From an uncultured Clostridia bacterium (GTDB lineage: Bacteria > Bacillota > Clostridia > TANB77 > CAG-508), in contig CAKOYB010000006.1 of NCBI GenBank assembly GCA_934130435.1, positions 3,392 through 67,391 on the forward strand: 64,000 nt of DNA. The letters run 5' to 3'. The position numbers and the translations under genes were made by a program. The notes under the pieces were generated by a model, which was given only the letters and a program-made list of their open reading frames with translations, searched no databases and had not been told where the DNA came from. Positions 9,546 through 19,784 of this stretch are shown piece by piece (the first letter of the stretch is position 1; every line of letters begins with the position of its first letter).

Positions 9546-11792
9546 CTATTTACCCCTCCGTATCATAATTCCAGTTCTGATATAATTATCCGTATCATTT
9601 TCTTTTGTTTGTAGCCTTGTTTTTCCATCTATATATGTATATGCTTTCAAATCGTTTCCAATAATGCTACTATTATTATCTCCAACATGTAACTCTATCG
9701 TTTTATATCCTGGTATATCCATTGCTATTCCTAGTCCTCTTGTATCATAAATTTTTCCAATTGATATATCACTTCTGTTTTTTGCTTTTTTTATAACTCT
9801 TTTTATTAATTTGTTTTTTTCACTATACATCAAATTTCTTTTTCTTTTCAACATATTAATTTTAGATTTTTGTGGTTTTTTTCGTAACTCTTCTTTTTTT
9901 ATTTGGCTATCGTATAGGTGAGCTAATTTGTTACAAAGTGCTGCTGTTTTCATTTCTTTATAAATTTTGTCTTCTTCTTTTCTAAATAACCTTTTTTCCA
10001 ATTCATCGTCATCTTGTGGAAGTTTTGGTTTCATACTAATAATTCTTCCATTTATTTTAACCTTTGTATTTCCCTCGTCATTATAAAAAGCTCTTGCTTT
10101 TGGGTTATCTTTTAAATATTGATGTAAAAGCTGTTTGTATATAATCTCAATATTTCTTTTTGGTTCTTCTATATACCTATCGATTTCAAATGCGATTTCT
10201 TCTATTCTACCGCTCTCCCCTGAGGATTTATTTGCCGCTGAAGAAGCAATAACATTTTTTATATCTTCAATACCACCTAGAACATTTTTTATTAGATCTG
10301 ATAGTATTTCTCTTTTACCATCTAAGATTATCTCTTTACCTTCAATAATAAAATAGTTAGAATGCATTGCTCTTATTATTTCTACTATTCTCTCTTTTTC
10401 TCCTTCTGTATATGTTTTTTTATGAAAATTTTTAAACATACCATAACTTCTATACTCATTTGGGTCATCCGTAAAATCATCTTGTAAAAATTCTTTTACT
10501 TTTTCTTGTAAGGTCGCTGTTCTTGTGTCATATGGTAATACCTTAAACTCCCTACTTATTTCTTCTTGTTCATTATGAGTTATAAGAATTGATGAATCTG
10601 GAATTTCAAATTCTGTTAATACCATTGTTCCATCATTATTTATCCTTGCAATATTTTCTAAGTCAATCTCACTTAGTTTAACAAGTAATGCTCTTTTTTC
10701 ACCATCTATGCAATAATTTGAATTAATTGCACCAGTTAATGTATCCGATTTATAAACTGTATCAATTTCAGTGTCATCAGTTTTAATACTTATTTTTTTT
10801 AAATAATTAAACAGCTCACTTTTCGTCATAATATTTTCTGGTATTGGAATAACCATATATGATGTTTCTTCTTGGTCAAGATCGTTTAATGCTTCTTCTC
10901 TCGTTATTTGTAGTTCATCAAGTGATTGAATTTCATTTACTTTATGTTTCTCTTCTTCAATTCTTTTCTTCTTTTCTCTGTATTTTTGTTCAAATCTTTT
11001 TAATTTTTCTATTTCTAATTGTTTACTCTTCTTTTTTTCTCTTACTCTTTTATCAATGGTTCCTATCTGACCTTTGGATTCTTCAATAAAATCTAGTTTT
11101 TGCTGTAATTCACTTTGACAGTTTTGTAATGTATTTATATTTAGCATTTTAGGTAACCATGTTTCGCTTTTCTTTATCCAGTCTAGTTCCTCACGAGCAT
11201 TTCTAGCCATACTTTTTTTAACTTGATATTCTTTTAATTCTTTATAATACTCTTCAATTATATCGAAATTTACATCAGGTACAGTTTCTTCAATTATCTT
11301 TCTTGATACTATGGCACCTCTTATCCCTTCTAAAGAAGTATCAAGTTTTCGTCCTCCAGTCGTCACCATCATTTTCTTTGATATTTTGTTTATTTCAATT
11401 CTTACTTTCTCTTTTCGTTTTATTACATTTTCACGTTCATTTCTTTCTTGTTCCTCAAATTCTTTGCTTTTATGTTCCAGTGCTTGTTTATATTCCTCCA
11501 ATGTACATTCAAAATACCTATCTTTATTCATTTCTCGTATTATTGATATTAAGTGCTGATTAACCATTTCCAAATCTTTTTTTATTTTTTTGCTATCGCC
11601 AAACTCTTTCTTTATCTTTTTAACTTCAGAAAGAATTTGTTCTTTAATTTTTAAGTACTCTTTTATTACATAATCTAAGACGTCTATTTGTCGTTCATAC
11701 TCTTTTTTTAATTCTGTCAATTCATTTAATTCATTTTCGAGTTGTTCTATTTTATTTTTCTTTATGATTTGTATTAGTTTCTTATTATTCAC
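9546..11792 (-). CDS. large coiled-coil protein of unknown function; a +1 frame extension 9330-9545 encodes a further 75-aa C-terminal domain
   Basis: 748-aa KE-rich coiled-coil ORF. The final codons ATG ATA CGG AGG GGT AAA TAG contain an in-frame CGG followed by A. Resuming at GGA, an uninterrupted +1 frame (GGVNRELITEIKKLKPRERAGFLNGLGLIEMQNLLVRLGYTAKDFNTIEGRKKVIYELASDEKLDQILEDDELCH*) ends overlapping the hemW start. Confidence 0.6.
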   Translation of the reverse strand: MNNKKLIQIIKKNKIEQLENELNELTELKKEYERQIDVLDYVIKEYLKIKEQILSEVKKIKKEFGDSKKIKKDLEMVNQHLISIIREMNKDRYFECTLEEYKQALEHKSKEFEEQERNERENVIKRKEKVRIEINKISKKMMVTTGGRKLDTSLEGIRGAIVSRKIIEETVPDVNFDIIEEYYKELKEYQVKKSMARNAREELDWIKKSETWLPKMLNINTLQNCQSELQQKLDFIEESKGQIGTIDKRVREKKKSKQLEIEKLKRFEQKYREKKKRIEEEKHKVNEIQSLDELQITREEALNDLDQEETSYMVIPIPENIMTKSELFNYLKKISIKTDDTEIDTVYKSDTLTGAINSNYCIDGEKRALLVKLSEIDLENIARINNDGTMVLTEFEIPDSSILITHNEQEEISREFKVLPYDTRTATLQEKVKEFLQDDFTDDPNEYRSYGMFKNFHKKTYTEGEKERIVEIIRAMHSNYFIIEGKEIILDGKREILSDLIKNVLGGIEDIKNVIASSAANKSSGESGRIEEIAFEIDRYIEEPKRNIEIIYKQLLHQYLKDNPKARAFYNDEGNTKVKINGRIISMKPKLPQDDDELEKRLFRKEEDKIYKEMKTAALCNKLAHLYDSQIKKEELRKKPQKSKINMLKRKRNLMYSEKNKLIKRVIKKAKNRSDISIGKIYDTRGLGIAMDIPGYKTIELHVGDNNSSIIGNDLKAYTYIDGKTRLQTKENDTDNYIRTGIMIRRGK

Positions 11793-11795
11793 GCT

Positions 11796-12437
11796 TTACT
11801 CCTTTAAATTATTAGCTATCTCCTGAATTCTTTTCATTCTATGATTTACGCCTGATTTTCCTATAGGTTTTTTTAACATTTTTCCAATTTCTATAAGTGA
11901 TAGTTCTGGATTATCTAATCTTATTTGTGCAACTTCTTTTAAGTTTTCTGGTAGGTTATGAAATGCTCCTTTTTCCTTTATTAGTTGTATATTTTCTATT
12001 TGATTGACTGATGCATTAATAGTTTTATTTAAATTTGCTGTTTCACAATTTACTAATCTATTAATATCGTTTCTTTTTTCTTTTATTACTCTTATTTCTT
12101 CAAACTTTATAACTGCTTTTTGTGCTCCTATTAATGCCAAAAATTCTGATATTTCTTCTCCATCTTTTATATATAACATATAATCCTTATCTTTTTTTAT
12201 TAATCTAGCTGTTATCCCAAAATTTTGAAGTATACTTATAATCTCTTCTGCTTTTTTTCTTTTTTTATATAATATTTGGAGATGATATTTTTTATTTGGA
12301 TCGCTAACTGAGCCTGATCTTATAAAGTCCTCTCTTATAGATAGTCTTGCAATTTGCTCATCTTGTTTCATATTACTATTAATATTCCACATCTTTAGAG
12401 TTTTTAGTTCTTCTTTTATTTCACTTGAAAATGACAT
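11796..12437 (-). CDS. whiA: WhiA-like DNA-binding protein, short form lacking one LAGLIDADG-like domain
   Basis: N-terminal MSFSSEIKEELK and C-terminal HTH region match WhiA, but only 213 aa instead of about 315. The segment corresponding to the first LAGLIDADG-like domain is absent. Confidence 0.6.
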   Translation of the reverse strand: MSFSSEIKEELKTLKMWNINSNMKQDEQIARLSIREDFIRSGSVSDPNKKYHLQILYKKRKKAEEIISILQNFGITARLIKKDKDYMLYIKDGEEISEFLALIGAQKAVIKFEEIRVIKEKRNDINRLVNCETANLNKTINASVNQIENIQLIKEKGAFHNLPENLKEVAQIRLDNPELSLIEIGKMLKKPIGKSGVNHRMKRIQEIANNLKE

Positions 12438-13013
12438 CTATTTTCTCCTATTTTTCTTTTTTCTTACTGAGTATCCAAAGCTTCCAACCTTTTTTCCTAA
12501 TGTATAATATCCTCCATTTGCATATGATATTAGCTTACATTTAGAAATATCAAATGCTCCTTTTTCGTTTATGTACTTTTCGTCAGCATTTATTGCAACA
12601 ACATCTGCTATAAACATATCATGAGTCCCCATCTTTTTTATTTCTTTAACCTTGCATTCTATAGAAACTGGAGATTCTTTTATCATTGGACACTTTACAA
12701 TACTTGCTTTTTCTTTTGTTAAATTCATTTTTTTGAATTTATCTTCTTTTATTCCAGATTTAACTCCGCACCAATCTGTCGCATATGCTAGTTGCTCTGT
12801 TGTTAAGTTTATAACAAACTCTCTATTTTTCTTTATAATTTCATATGAATACCTCTCTGGTCTTATAGAAACATATACCATTGGTGGATTTGTATTTATA
12901 ATGCCTGTCCAAGCAACTGTTATTATATTTGATTTTTCCATGTTTCCACAAGATACCATGACTGCTGGTATAGGATATTCAAATGCTCCTGGCTTCCATG
13001 TTACTTTACTCAT
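12438..13013 (-). CDS. flavin reductase-like (FMN-binding split barrel) protein
   Basis: VSCGNMEKSNIITVAWTGIINTNPPMVYVSIRP is typical of Flavin_Reduct domain proteins. Confidence 0.6.
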   Translation of the reverse strand: MSKVTWKPGAFEYPIPAVMVSCGNMEKSNIITVAWTGIINTNPPMVYVSIRPERYSYEIIKKNREFVINLTTEQLAYATDWCGVKSGIKEDKFKKMNLTKEKASIVKCPMIKESPVSIECKVKEIKKMGTHDMFIADVVAINADEKYINEKGAFDISKCKLISYANGGYYTLGKKVGSFGYSVRKKKNRRK

Positions 13014-13410
13014 AATTTTCCTTACTTTCTGTTTTGTGATCTAATTTAAATTCCTTTAAAATTGGTAATATTTCTTTTTCTAAATTTGGATAAAACTTAT
13101 AAAGTGTATCATACGCATTTAATTGTTTATCTGGCTTTGTATATCTTGCACATTCCCAATCTATTATCATTTCTATGTAGTCATTTCTTTTCTTTTTTAT
13201 ACTATTATCATGATGTCTAGCTGTTTCTCTATGAAACTTCTTTACTTTACTATGCTCTAAAAAATTATATAAAATCACTTTATCTAAATCATGAATTAGA
13301 CTTCTCCAAGTATTTTTACCTAATATTTCTTTTTCTATCCTTCTAAATGCCTTTCTATGTGCCTTAGTGTATTTTATTGCTTCTAAGTTTTCTTTTCTAT
13401 GTTTAAACAT
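13006..13410 (-). CDS. hypothetical protein
   Basis: 134-aa ORF, basic N-terminus, no recognised motif. Confidence 0.4.
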   Translation of the reverse strand: MFKHRKENLEAIKYTKAHRKAFRRIEKEILGKNTWRSLIHDLDKVILYNFLEHSKVKKFHRETARHHDNSIKKKRNDYIEMIIDWECARYTKPDKQLNAYDTLYKFYPNLEKEILPILKEFKLDHKTESKENYE

Positions 13411-13423
13411 TTTTTACCTCATT

Positions 13424-14260
13424 TTATATAATCAAATCAACTATAATTCCAGATACTACACCTATTATAATTAATAATAAAACAATTTTTAAATTCTCTT
13501 TCTTGTCTTTATTAAGTCTAAATAGAACTAATAATCCAATTCCTGAATTAGCTAAAAGTCCTGCTAACATTGATCCCATTGATATTATATTATCTAAGTA
13601 TAATGTTGTTAGTATTACTGATGATGCACAATTTGGTATTAATCCAACAAAAGTTGAAATTAATGGTCCAATAACAGGAATATTTAATATTAAATGTACT
13701 ATTGATTCTTCTCCAATGAAATATATTATAATGTTTAAAACAAGTGTAATTACAAAAATATAAATAAATATATGTAAAGTATGATGTATAGCAGATTTTA
13801 GTACCCCTTCATTTTCGCAATTGCAATCATCATCTTTGCAAATTTCATGAATATTATTTTCTTTGCTTTTATTCTTTCTTATTATATCAATTATAATTCC
13901 ACTTATAATTCCTATTGATGCCTTTAGTGCCAGTATGTTTAGTATTATTCCTATAGGTGCTGATTTTGATATTAATATTGGTAACATTTCATCTGAAGTT
14001 GATAAAAATATTGCCAAAAGCGTTCCTAATGAAATTATTCCTGCTGAATACAAACTTGATGCTGCTGCTGAAAATCCACATTGTGGGACTATTCCTAAAA
14101 TTGCTCCTAGTACTGGTCCAAACTTTCCTGATTTTTTTATAATTTCTTCAGTTTTAGAACTTGCTTTTTTTTCTATTAATTCAAGTAATATATATGTTAA
14201 AAACAAAAATGGCAATAGTTTTAATCCATCTATTAATGTGTCTAAAATAATGTCTAGCAT
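13424..14260 (-). CDS. ArsP_2-type putative heavy-metal exporter (10-TM permease)
   Basis: Multi-TM protein with the conserved IVPQCGFSAAASSL motif and a Cys-rich loop CKDDDCNCENEG; sits next to cadA/cadC. Confidence 0.5.
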   Translation of the reverse strand: MLDIILDTLIDGLKLLPFLFLTYILLELIEKKASSKTEEIIKKSGKFGPVLGAILGIVPQCGFSAAASSLYSAGIISLGTLLAIFLSTSDEMLPILISKSAPIGIILNILALKASIGIISGIIIDIIRKNKSKENNIHEICKDDDCNCENEGVLKSAIHHTLHIFIYIFVITLVLNIIIYFIGEESIVHLILNIPVIGPLISTFVGLIPNCASSVILTTLYLDNIISMGSMLAGLLANSGIGLLVLFRLNKDKKENLKIVLLLIIIGVVSGIIVDLII

Positions 14261-14378
14261 ATTTCACCTCATATTAAAAAACTATTTGGCATTTTTATAT
14301 TAAATTCAAATTGTTTCAATTTCTTTATAGCATAAAAGATGCCATAACTATTATAGCATCTTTTATGTTTATTATCTA

Positions 14379-16475
14379 CTATTTTTTTAATATTCTTATT
14401 GTATTTAGTATTGTAATTAGTGTTGTTCCTACATCAGCAAATACTGCTTGCCACATTGTTGCTACTCCTAATACACTTAAAGTTAAAACTATTATTTTTA
14501 CTCCTATTGCAAAAATAAGATTTTCTTTTATTACTCTATTTGTTTTTTTAGAAATCTTTATTCCATCAATAATCTTATATAGCTCATCTGTCATAATTAC
14601 AATATCTGAGGCTTCTATTGCACTACTAGATCCTATTCCTCCCATTGATATTCCTATATCTGCTCTAGCAATTACTGGACTATCATTTATTCCGTCTCCA
14701 ACAAATACAAGTTTATCTTCTGGGCGTTTATTTTGTAGATCAGCTTCTAGCATTTTATATTTATCTTGTGGTAATAATTCATATTTTACTTCGTCAATCC
14801 CAACATCCTTAGCTATTTTTAAAGCAATCTCTTTTGAATCTCCAGTAAACATTTTTGTTTTTATTCCCATTTTTACTAATTCTTTTATTGCTTTATTTGC
14901 ATCATTTTTTATTTCGTCTGTAAGTACAATACTGCCAACTGTACTATTATTAATACTTAAATATAAATTAGTTCCTATATTGTCTTCTTGTGATTCATTA
15001 TTTCCTGCAAATTCTTTATTTCCAATTTTTATATTCTTGCCTTCTAATATATACTCTAAGCCTTTTCCAGCAACCTCTTTATATTCTTTTACATTCTTTG
15101 TGTCTATTTCACTATTTGCCTTTTTTAAAATAGATTTAGCTATTGGATGATTAGAAAAACTCTCTCCAATTGCGAATAAGTTTATAATATCATCTTCACT
15201 ATATTTAGAGTCAAATGAAATAACTTTATTAACTGTAAACTCTCCTGTTGTTATTGTACCTGTTTTATCAAATACTATTTCTTTAACATCTTTTAGTGCA
15301 TCAAGATAATCGCTTCCTTTTATTAATACCCCGCTTTTTGATGCTCTACCAATACCACTAAAGTAGCTTAATGGTACTGAAATAGCAATTGAGCATGGAC
15401 ATGATATTACTAGAAATGTTAATGCTTTATATATGCTTTGACTATATGAAACAGATTTTATTAAAAGCGGCATAAATATTGCAACTATTAGTGCTAATAC
15501 AAATACTATTGGTGTATATATCTTTGCTAACCTGCTAACAGTAGTTTCAGTTTTTGCTTTTTTGTCTGTTGCATTTTCAACTAAGTTTAAAATTTGACTT
15601 ACCGTACTATTTTCATAGTTTTTTTCAACTCTTACTTCTAATAGACCATTTGTGTTAATTCCACCTGATAGTACTTTATCATTTTCTTTTACTTCTATGA
15701 GTTTGCTTTCTCCTGTTAGTGCAGAATTATTTATTTGAGCATTTCCTTTTATTATCTGACCATCTAATGGAATTTTTTCGCCAGTTTTAACAATTATAGT
15801 ATCTCCAATATTAACATCATTTGGATCAACTTTTTTTATTTCATCTCCTATTTTGATATTTGCATATTCTGGCTTTATATCCATAAGTGATGCAATTGAT
15901 TTTCTTGTTTTATTAACTGCTTTTGCTTCTAGTATCTTTCCTATTTCATATAATGCAATTACCATTATTCCTTCAGATGTTTTTCCTACCAAACATGCAC
16001 CTATTACAGAAATAACAATTAAGCTATTTTCGTCTAATACCTTGTTTTTGAATACCTGATTAAATGCTTTTATAGCTGTTTTATATAACAGCACTACTGC
16101 AGATACGATTGTTGAAATTATATGAACTGTATTATTATCAAATACTTTTGTTCCTATAATAAAAATTAATACTCCTAATATTAATCTAATTATATCTTTG
16201 TTGTTTCTTTGTATCTTTTCAGTTTTTTCTTTATTGTTTGATATTACTGTTGTATCTGGTTCTATACTCTTTACGATACTTTTTATTTCTTCTTCTACAC
16301 CCTCTTCTTTATCTGTTTTAAAAGTTAATGTCAATGTAGAAAAATTAACTATTACATCTTTATATTCTTCCTTACTAGCAATTGCATCCTCAATTCTTTT
16401 TGCACAATTTGCACAGTCAAGGTTTTGTAACAAATACTTATAATTCTTCAATATGTTCACGACCTTTCTTAACAA
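14379..16475 (-). CDS. cadA: Cd/Zn/Co-translocating P1B-type ATPase
   Basis: N-terminal HMA CxxC (NLDCANCAKRIED), CPC transport motif, DKTGT phosphorylation site, GDGINDSP hinge. Confidence 0.9.
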   Translation of the reverse strand: MLRKVVNILKNYKYLLQNLDCANCAKRIEDAIASKEEYKDVIVNFSTLTLTFKTDKEEGVEEEIKSIVKSIEPDTTVISNNKEKTEKIQRNNKDIIRLILGVLIFIIGTKVFDNNTVHIISTIVSAVVLLYKTAIKAFNQVFKNKVLDENSLIVISVIGACLVGKTSEGIMVIALYEIGKILEAKAVNKTRKSIASLMDIKPEYANIKIGDEIKKVDPNDVNIGDTIIVKTGEKIPLDGQIIKGNAQINNSALTGESKLIEVKENDKVLSGGINTNGLLEVRVEKNYENSTVSQILNLVENATDKKAKTETTVSRLAKIYTPIVFVLALIVAIFMPLLIKSVSYSQSIYKALTFLVISCPCSIAISVPLSYFSGIGRASKSGVLIKGSDYLDALKDVKEIVFDKTGTITTGEFTVNKVISFDSKYSEDDIINLFAIGESFSNHPIAKSILKKANSEIDTKNVKEYKEVAGKGLEYILEGKNIKIGNKEFAGNNESQEDNIGTNLYLSINNSTVGSIVLTDEIKNDANKAIKELVKMGIKTKMFTGDSKEIALKIAKDVGIDEVKYELLPQDKYKMLEADLQNKRPEDKLVFVGDGINDSPVIARADIGISMGGIGSSSAIEASDIVIMTDELYKIIDGIKISKKTNRVIKENLIFAIGVKIIVLTLSVLGVATMWQAVFADVGTTLITILNTIRILKK

Positions 16476-16788
16476 TTTGTTCTATATGCTCATCATCAAG
16501 ACTATAATATACTTCTTTTCCAACTTTTTTATACTTAACTAATTTAGATTGTTTCAATATTCTCAGCTGATGAGATATTGCTGACTGAGTTGTTCCAACA
16601 ATTGATGCAATATCGCAAACACAAAGTTCATAGTTCATTAATGCACATATAATTTTCATTCTTGTTGAATCAGCAAACATTTTAAAAAACTCTGCAAGAT
16701 CGTATATTACTTCATCATGTGGAATTGATTTTTTTACTTTTTCAATAGTATTATCATTAATATTTATTTCTTCGCACATAGTTTCCAT
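16438..16788 (-). CDS. cadC: ArsR/SmtB-family metalloregulator (CadC-like)
   Basis: ELCVCDIASIVGTTQSAISHQLRILKQSKLV HTH with metal-binding CVC; overlaps the cadA start. Confidence 0.85.
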   Translation of the reverse strand: METMCEEININDNTIEKVKKSIPHDEVIYDLAEFFKMFADSTRMKIICALMNYELCVCDIASIVGTTQSAISHQLRILKQSKLVKYKKVGKEVYYSLDDEHIEQIVKKGREHIEEL

Positions 16789-16810
16789 GTAATTCTCCTT
16801 TCAAACATAT

Positions 16811-16830
16811 GAACATATATTCATATGTTC
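16811..16830. promoter_or_regulatory. ArsR/CadC-type operator: GAACATAT-ATTC-ATATGTTC inverted repeat in the cadC promoter
   Basis: Perfect 8-bp arms with a 4-bp spacer, 23 bp upstream of the cadC start codon; a partial extra half-site lies just upstream (16803-16810). Confidence 0.6.
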
Positions 16831-16919
16831 TAAATATATATTATAGTTAATATAAAAAAATGTCAATAAAAAATAATATTTTTATTAACATTTTTTGTTT
16901 TACTTGCTTAGTTATTATT

Positions 16920-17834
16920 TTACTTTAAGAATCCATTAATTATTGCTTCTTCTGCTTCTTTTTCTGTAAGACCCAAACTCATAAGTTTTAATAATTGTTC
17001 TCCTGCTATTTTTCCAATTGCTGCTTCATGTATTAAATTTGCATCTACACAATTTGCTGTAATTTCTGGTGTTGATGTCACTTTTGCTGTGTCTTTTATT
17101 ATTGCATCACATTCAACATGTCCAAAGCATTTTGAATTTCCATATATTTTTGACACAAACTCTTGCTTAGATTTTTCTGTTGCAACAGATCTAGAAGTAA
17201 CTTTTGTACTTGAATTATCTCCATTTAATTGGACTTCAAATATTGTTTTTGCAGTTTGATTTCCATGTGTCATTATTTTTTCTGTGATAATTAAATGTGA
17301 ATTCTCTCCTATTTCCCCAACAGTTTTTCTAATTGTTGAATCTACTCCTTTAATTTGCATAGTTTCCATTTCTAGATTGCAATCTTTTTTTAGATAAACT
17401 TCTGTTACCGGATTTAATATTCTCTTTCCGTCTCCTTTTCCCTCTCCATAATGTTTTTCTATATATTTAACTTTTGCACCATCTTCAAGGAAAAACCTGT
17501 GTATTCCATCATGTTGTGAATCTAAGTGCTCATCATTATGAATTCCGCAACCTGCAACTATTACTACATTTGCATTTTTACCAATGTAAAAATCATTATA
17601 TACTACATCTGTAAGTCCACTTTCAGTTATTATTACTGGTATATGAACAAATTCAAACTTTGTATTTTCTTTAACATATATATTTATTCCTGGGTTATCT
17701 TCTTTAGTTACAATATTAACATTTTCGGTAACCTTTCTTTCTATTCCAGTTCCATTTTTTCTAATGTTATATGCTCCCTCAAACTTTGAACTGTCTGAAA
17801 TTATTTCTAATAATTCCTTATCTACTATTTCCAT
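16920..17834 (-). CDS. SufB/SufD-family Fe-S cluster assembly protein (short SufBD)
   Basis: C-terminal SufBD-type beta-helix region; co-located with a SufC-like ATPase. Confidence 0.6.
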   Translation of the reverse strand: MEIVDKELLEIISDSSKFEGAYNIRKNGTGIERKVTENVNIVTKEDNPGINIYVKENTKFEFVHIPVIITESGLTDVVYNDFYIGKNANVVIVAGCGIHNDEHLDSQHDGIHRFFLEDGAKVKYIEKHYGEGKGDGKRILNPVTEVYLKKDCNLEMETMQIKGVDSTIRKTVGEIGENSHLIITEKIMTHGNQTAKTIFEVQLNGDNSSTKVTSRSVATEKSKQEFVSKIYGNSKCFGHVECDAIIKDTAKVTSTPEITANCVDANLIHEAAIGKIAGEQLLKLMSLGLTEKEAEEAIINGFLK

Positions 17835-17848
17835 TATTCCCTCCTGTT

Positions 17849-18553
17849 TTAATCATTTAGTTTGCAGCATATCCTATTTTTTGCAATATTACTTATTATC
17901 TCTGTTGTCTTCTCAGTCTTTTGTATTTTTCCTGAATCCATTAGTATAACTTGGTCAGCAATATTAATTATTCTTTCTTGATGTGATATTACTATTGTCA
18001 TATTGTCTTTATTTTTTCTTATATCTTCAAATACTTTAATTAAATTATTGAAGCTCCATAAATCTATTCCAGCCTCTGGTTCATCAAAAATTGATAGTCT
18101 AGATTTTCTTACAGCTACTGTTGCTATCTCAATTCTTTTTAATTCTCCTCCTGATAATGATGCATTAACTTCTCTGTCTACATATTCTTTTGCACAAAGG
18201 CCAACCTTTGATAGAATCTCACATGCTTCTGCTTTATTTATATTTTTTCCTGATGATATTTTAATTAAGTCAAATACTGTTATTCCTTTAAACTTTACAG
18301 GTTGCTGAAATGCAAAGCTTATTCCTTTTTTTGCTCTTTCATTTATACTATAATTTGATATGTCTTCTCCATCTAAAATAATTCTTCCAGAGTCCTGCTT
18401 TTCTATTCCCATAATAATTTTAGCAAGAGTTGATTTTCCAGAGCCATTAGGTCCTGTTATTACAATAAATTTATTTTCATCTATTTTTAAATTTATATTA
18501 TCTAATATTTTTTTGTTATCTCTTTCAAAGCAAATATTCTCTAATTCTAACAT
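17849..18553 (-). CDS. sufC: ABC-type ATPase, SufC-like
   Basis: Walker A GPNGSGKST, ABC signature LSGGELKRIEI, Walker B LSIFDEPEAGID; no TM domain. Confidence 0.7.
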   Translation of the reverse strand: MLELENICFERDNKKILDNINLKIDENKFIVITGPNGSGKSTLAKIIMGIEKQDSGRIILDGEDISNYSINERAKKGISFAFQQPVKFKGITVFDLIKISSGKNINKAEACEILSKVGLCAKEYVDREVNASLSGGELKRIEIATVAVRKSRLSIFDEPEAGIDLWSFNNLIKVFEDIRKNKDNMTIVISHQERIINIADQVILMDSGKIQKTEKTTEIISNIAKNRICCKLND

Positions 18554-18562
18554 TGTTCCTCC

Positions 18563-19081
18563 TTATTTTGTCTCGTTTTTATATTTTAAAATGCACTTTC
18601 TTTTTATAAACTTTGAAAACCCTTTTGAGTTTCCCATCTTAAAACCTGTTTTGCTAACAATTAATGAATGATCCTCATCTAAGTATAGATAAAACTCATC
18701 TTCTGTTTCAAATATCTTGTACAGTCTAAAGTAGAAAAAAAATTCTCTTCTTTTTCCAACTTTCACTTTAAAACAATACTTATAAAATGTATATATGTAT
18801 TTTTTTTCATTTTCTGTTTTTTTATTATTATTTCGTTTATTTTTACTATTATGAAATATTTTTTCTATTAAATATGCTATTACTCCTAGTACTATAATTA
18901 AAACAAATATTTTCCAATTTTTATGTATTATATTTTCTATAATAATATATAGCGCAAAAACAATCATAGCTAATGTAGTTGCTATTATCTTAATTCCAAA
19001 TTTATCTTTATGAAATTCTAGTAATTCATTGTATTTTTCTTTGTTGTAATAAGTAATATTTTTAAATAAAACTTTCATCAT
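18563..19081 (-). CDS. YcxB-like membrane protein (two TM helices plus a cytoplasmic domain)
   Basis: Hydrophobic segments IIATTLAMIVFALYIII and IFVLIIVLGVIAYLI. Confidence 0.4.
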   Translation of the reverse strand: MMKVLFKNITYYNKEKYNELLEFHKDKFGIKIIATTLAMIVFALYIIIENIIHKNWKIFVLIIVLGVIAYLIEKIFHNSKNKRNNNKKTENEKKYIYTFYKYCFKVKVGKRREFFFYFRLYKIFETEDEFYLYLDEDHSLIVSKTGFKMGNSKGFSKFIKRKCILKYKNETK

Positions 19082-19087
19082 TTTTTC

Positions 19088-19642
19088 CTATATTCCTAGT
19101 AAATATGTTGATTCGAGATCCGCTTCAAATAGTAATAATATTAGTGGATATTTTGCAAAAGCTGTTGCTAATGTTCCATATACTTCTTTAGGCTCTGATA
19201 ATCCCATATGCCACCTTATTGCGTATTTCTCTTCAACAGTTAATTTTATATACTCTGAAAGCATCATAACTGATTTTTCGCCATGTCCATAAGGTATTGT
19301 ATCTTCAACTGTATAATATGGTACTTTTTCCCACACTCCTAATGCATTTTTTGCATTTCTATAATCTATCTTGTAAAAATTCACTTTGCATATATCATGT
19401 AACAATGCCACAATCTTAATTGTATCATCATTAAATTTAATATCTATTGGCAATTTTTTTACTTTTTCTTTTAAAATATTATATACACTTAAACTATGTT
19501 GTAACAATCCACCTTCAAAGTTTCCATGAAATCTTGTACTTGCAGGTGCTTCGAAAAAGTCTGTACTTTTTATAAATTCAATTAATTGTTTAATACCTTC
19601 TCTATTTGTACTTCTAAGTAGTTCTAAAAATTCTTCTTTCAT
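19088..19642 (-). CDS. HD-domain phosphohydrolase
   Basis: H...HD motif (ALLHDICK) and metal-ligand pattern of HD superfamily. Confidence 0.6.
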   Translation of the reverse strand: MKEEFLELLRSTNREGIKQLIEFIKSTDFFEAPASTRFHGNFEGGLLQHSLSVYNILKEKVKKLPIDIKFNDDTIKIVALLHDICKVNFYKIDYRNAKNALGVWEKVPYYTVEDTIPYGHGEKSVMMLSEYIKLTVEEKYAIRWHMGLSEPKEVYGTLATAFAKYPLILLLFEADLESTYLLGI

Positions 19643-19784
19643 ATTAACTCTCCATTAATTTTTACCAATACTATTATATTGTTTTTATTTTCTTTAGTCA
19701 ATAAAAAAATAATAAAACTACTTTTGTAAGTAGTTTTACTATTTCTATTTTTCTTGTTCTGCATCATTTGTTGTTATAACCATT

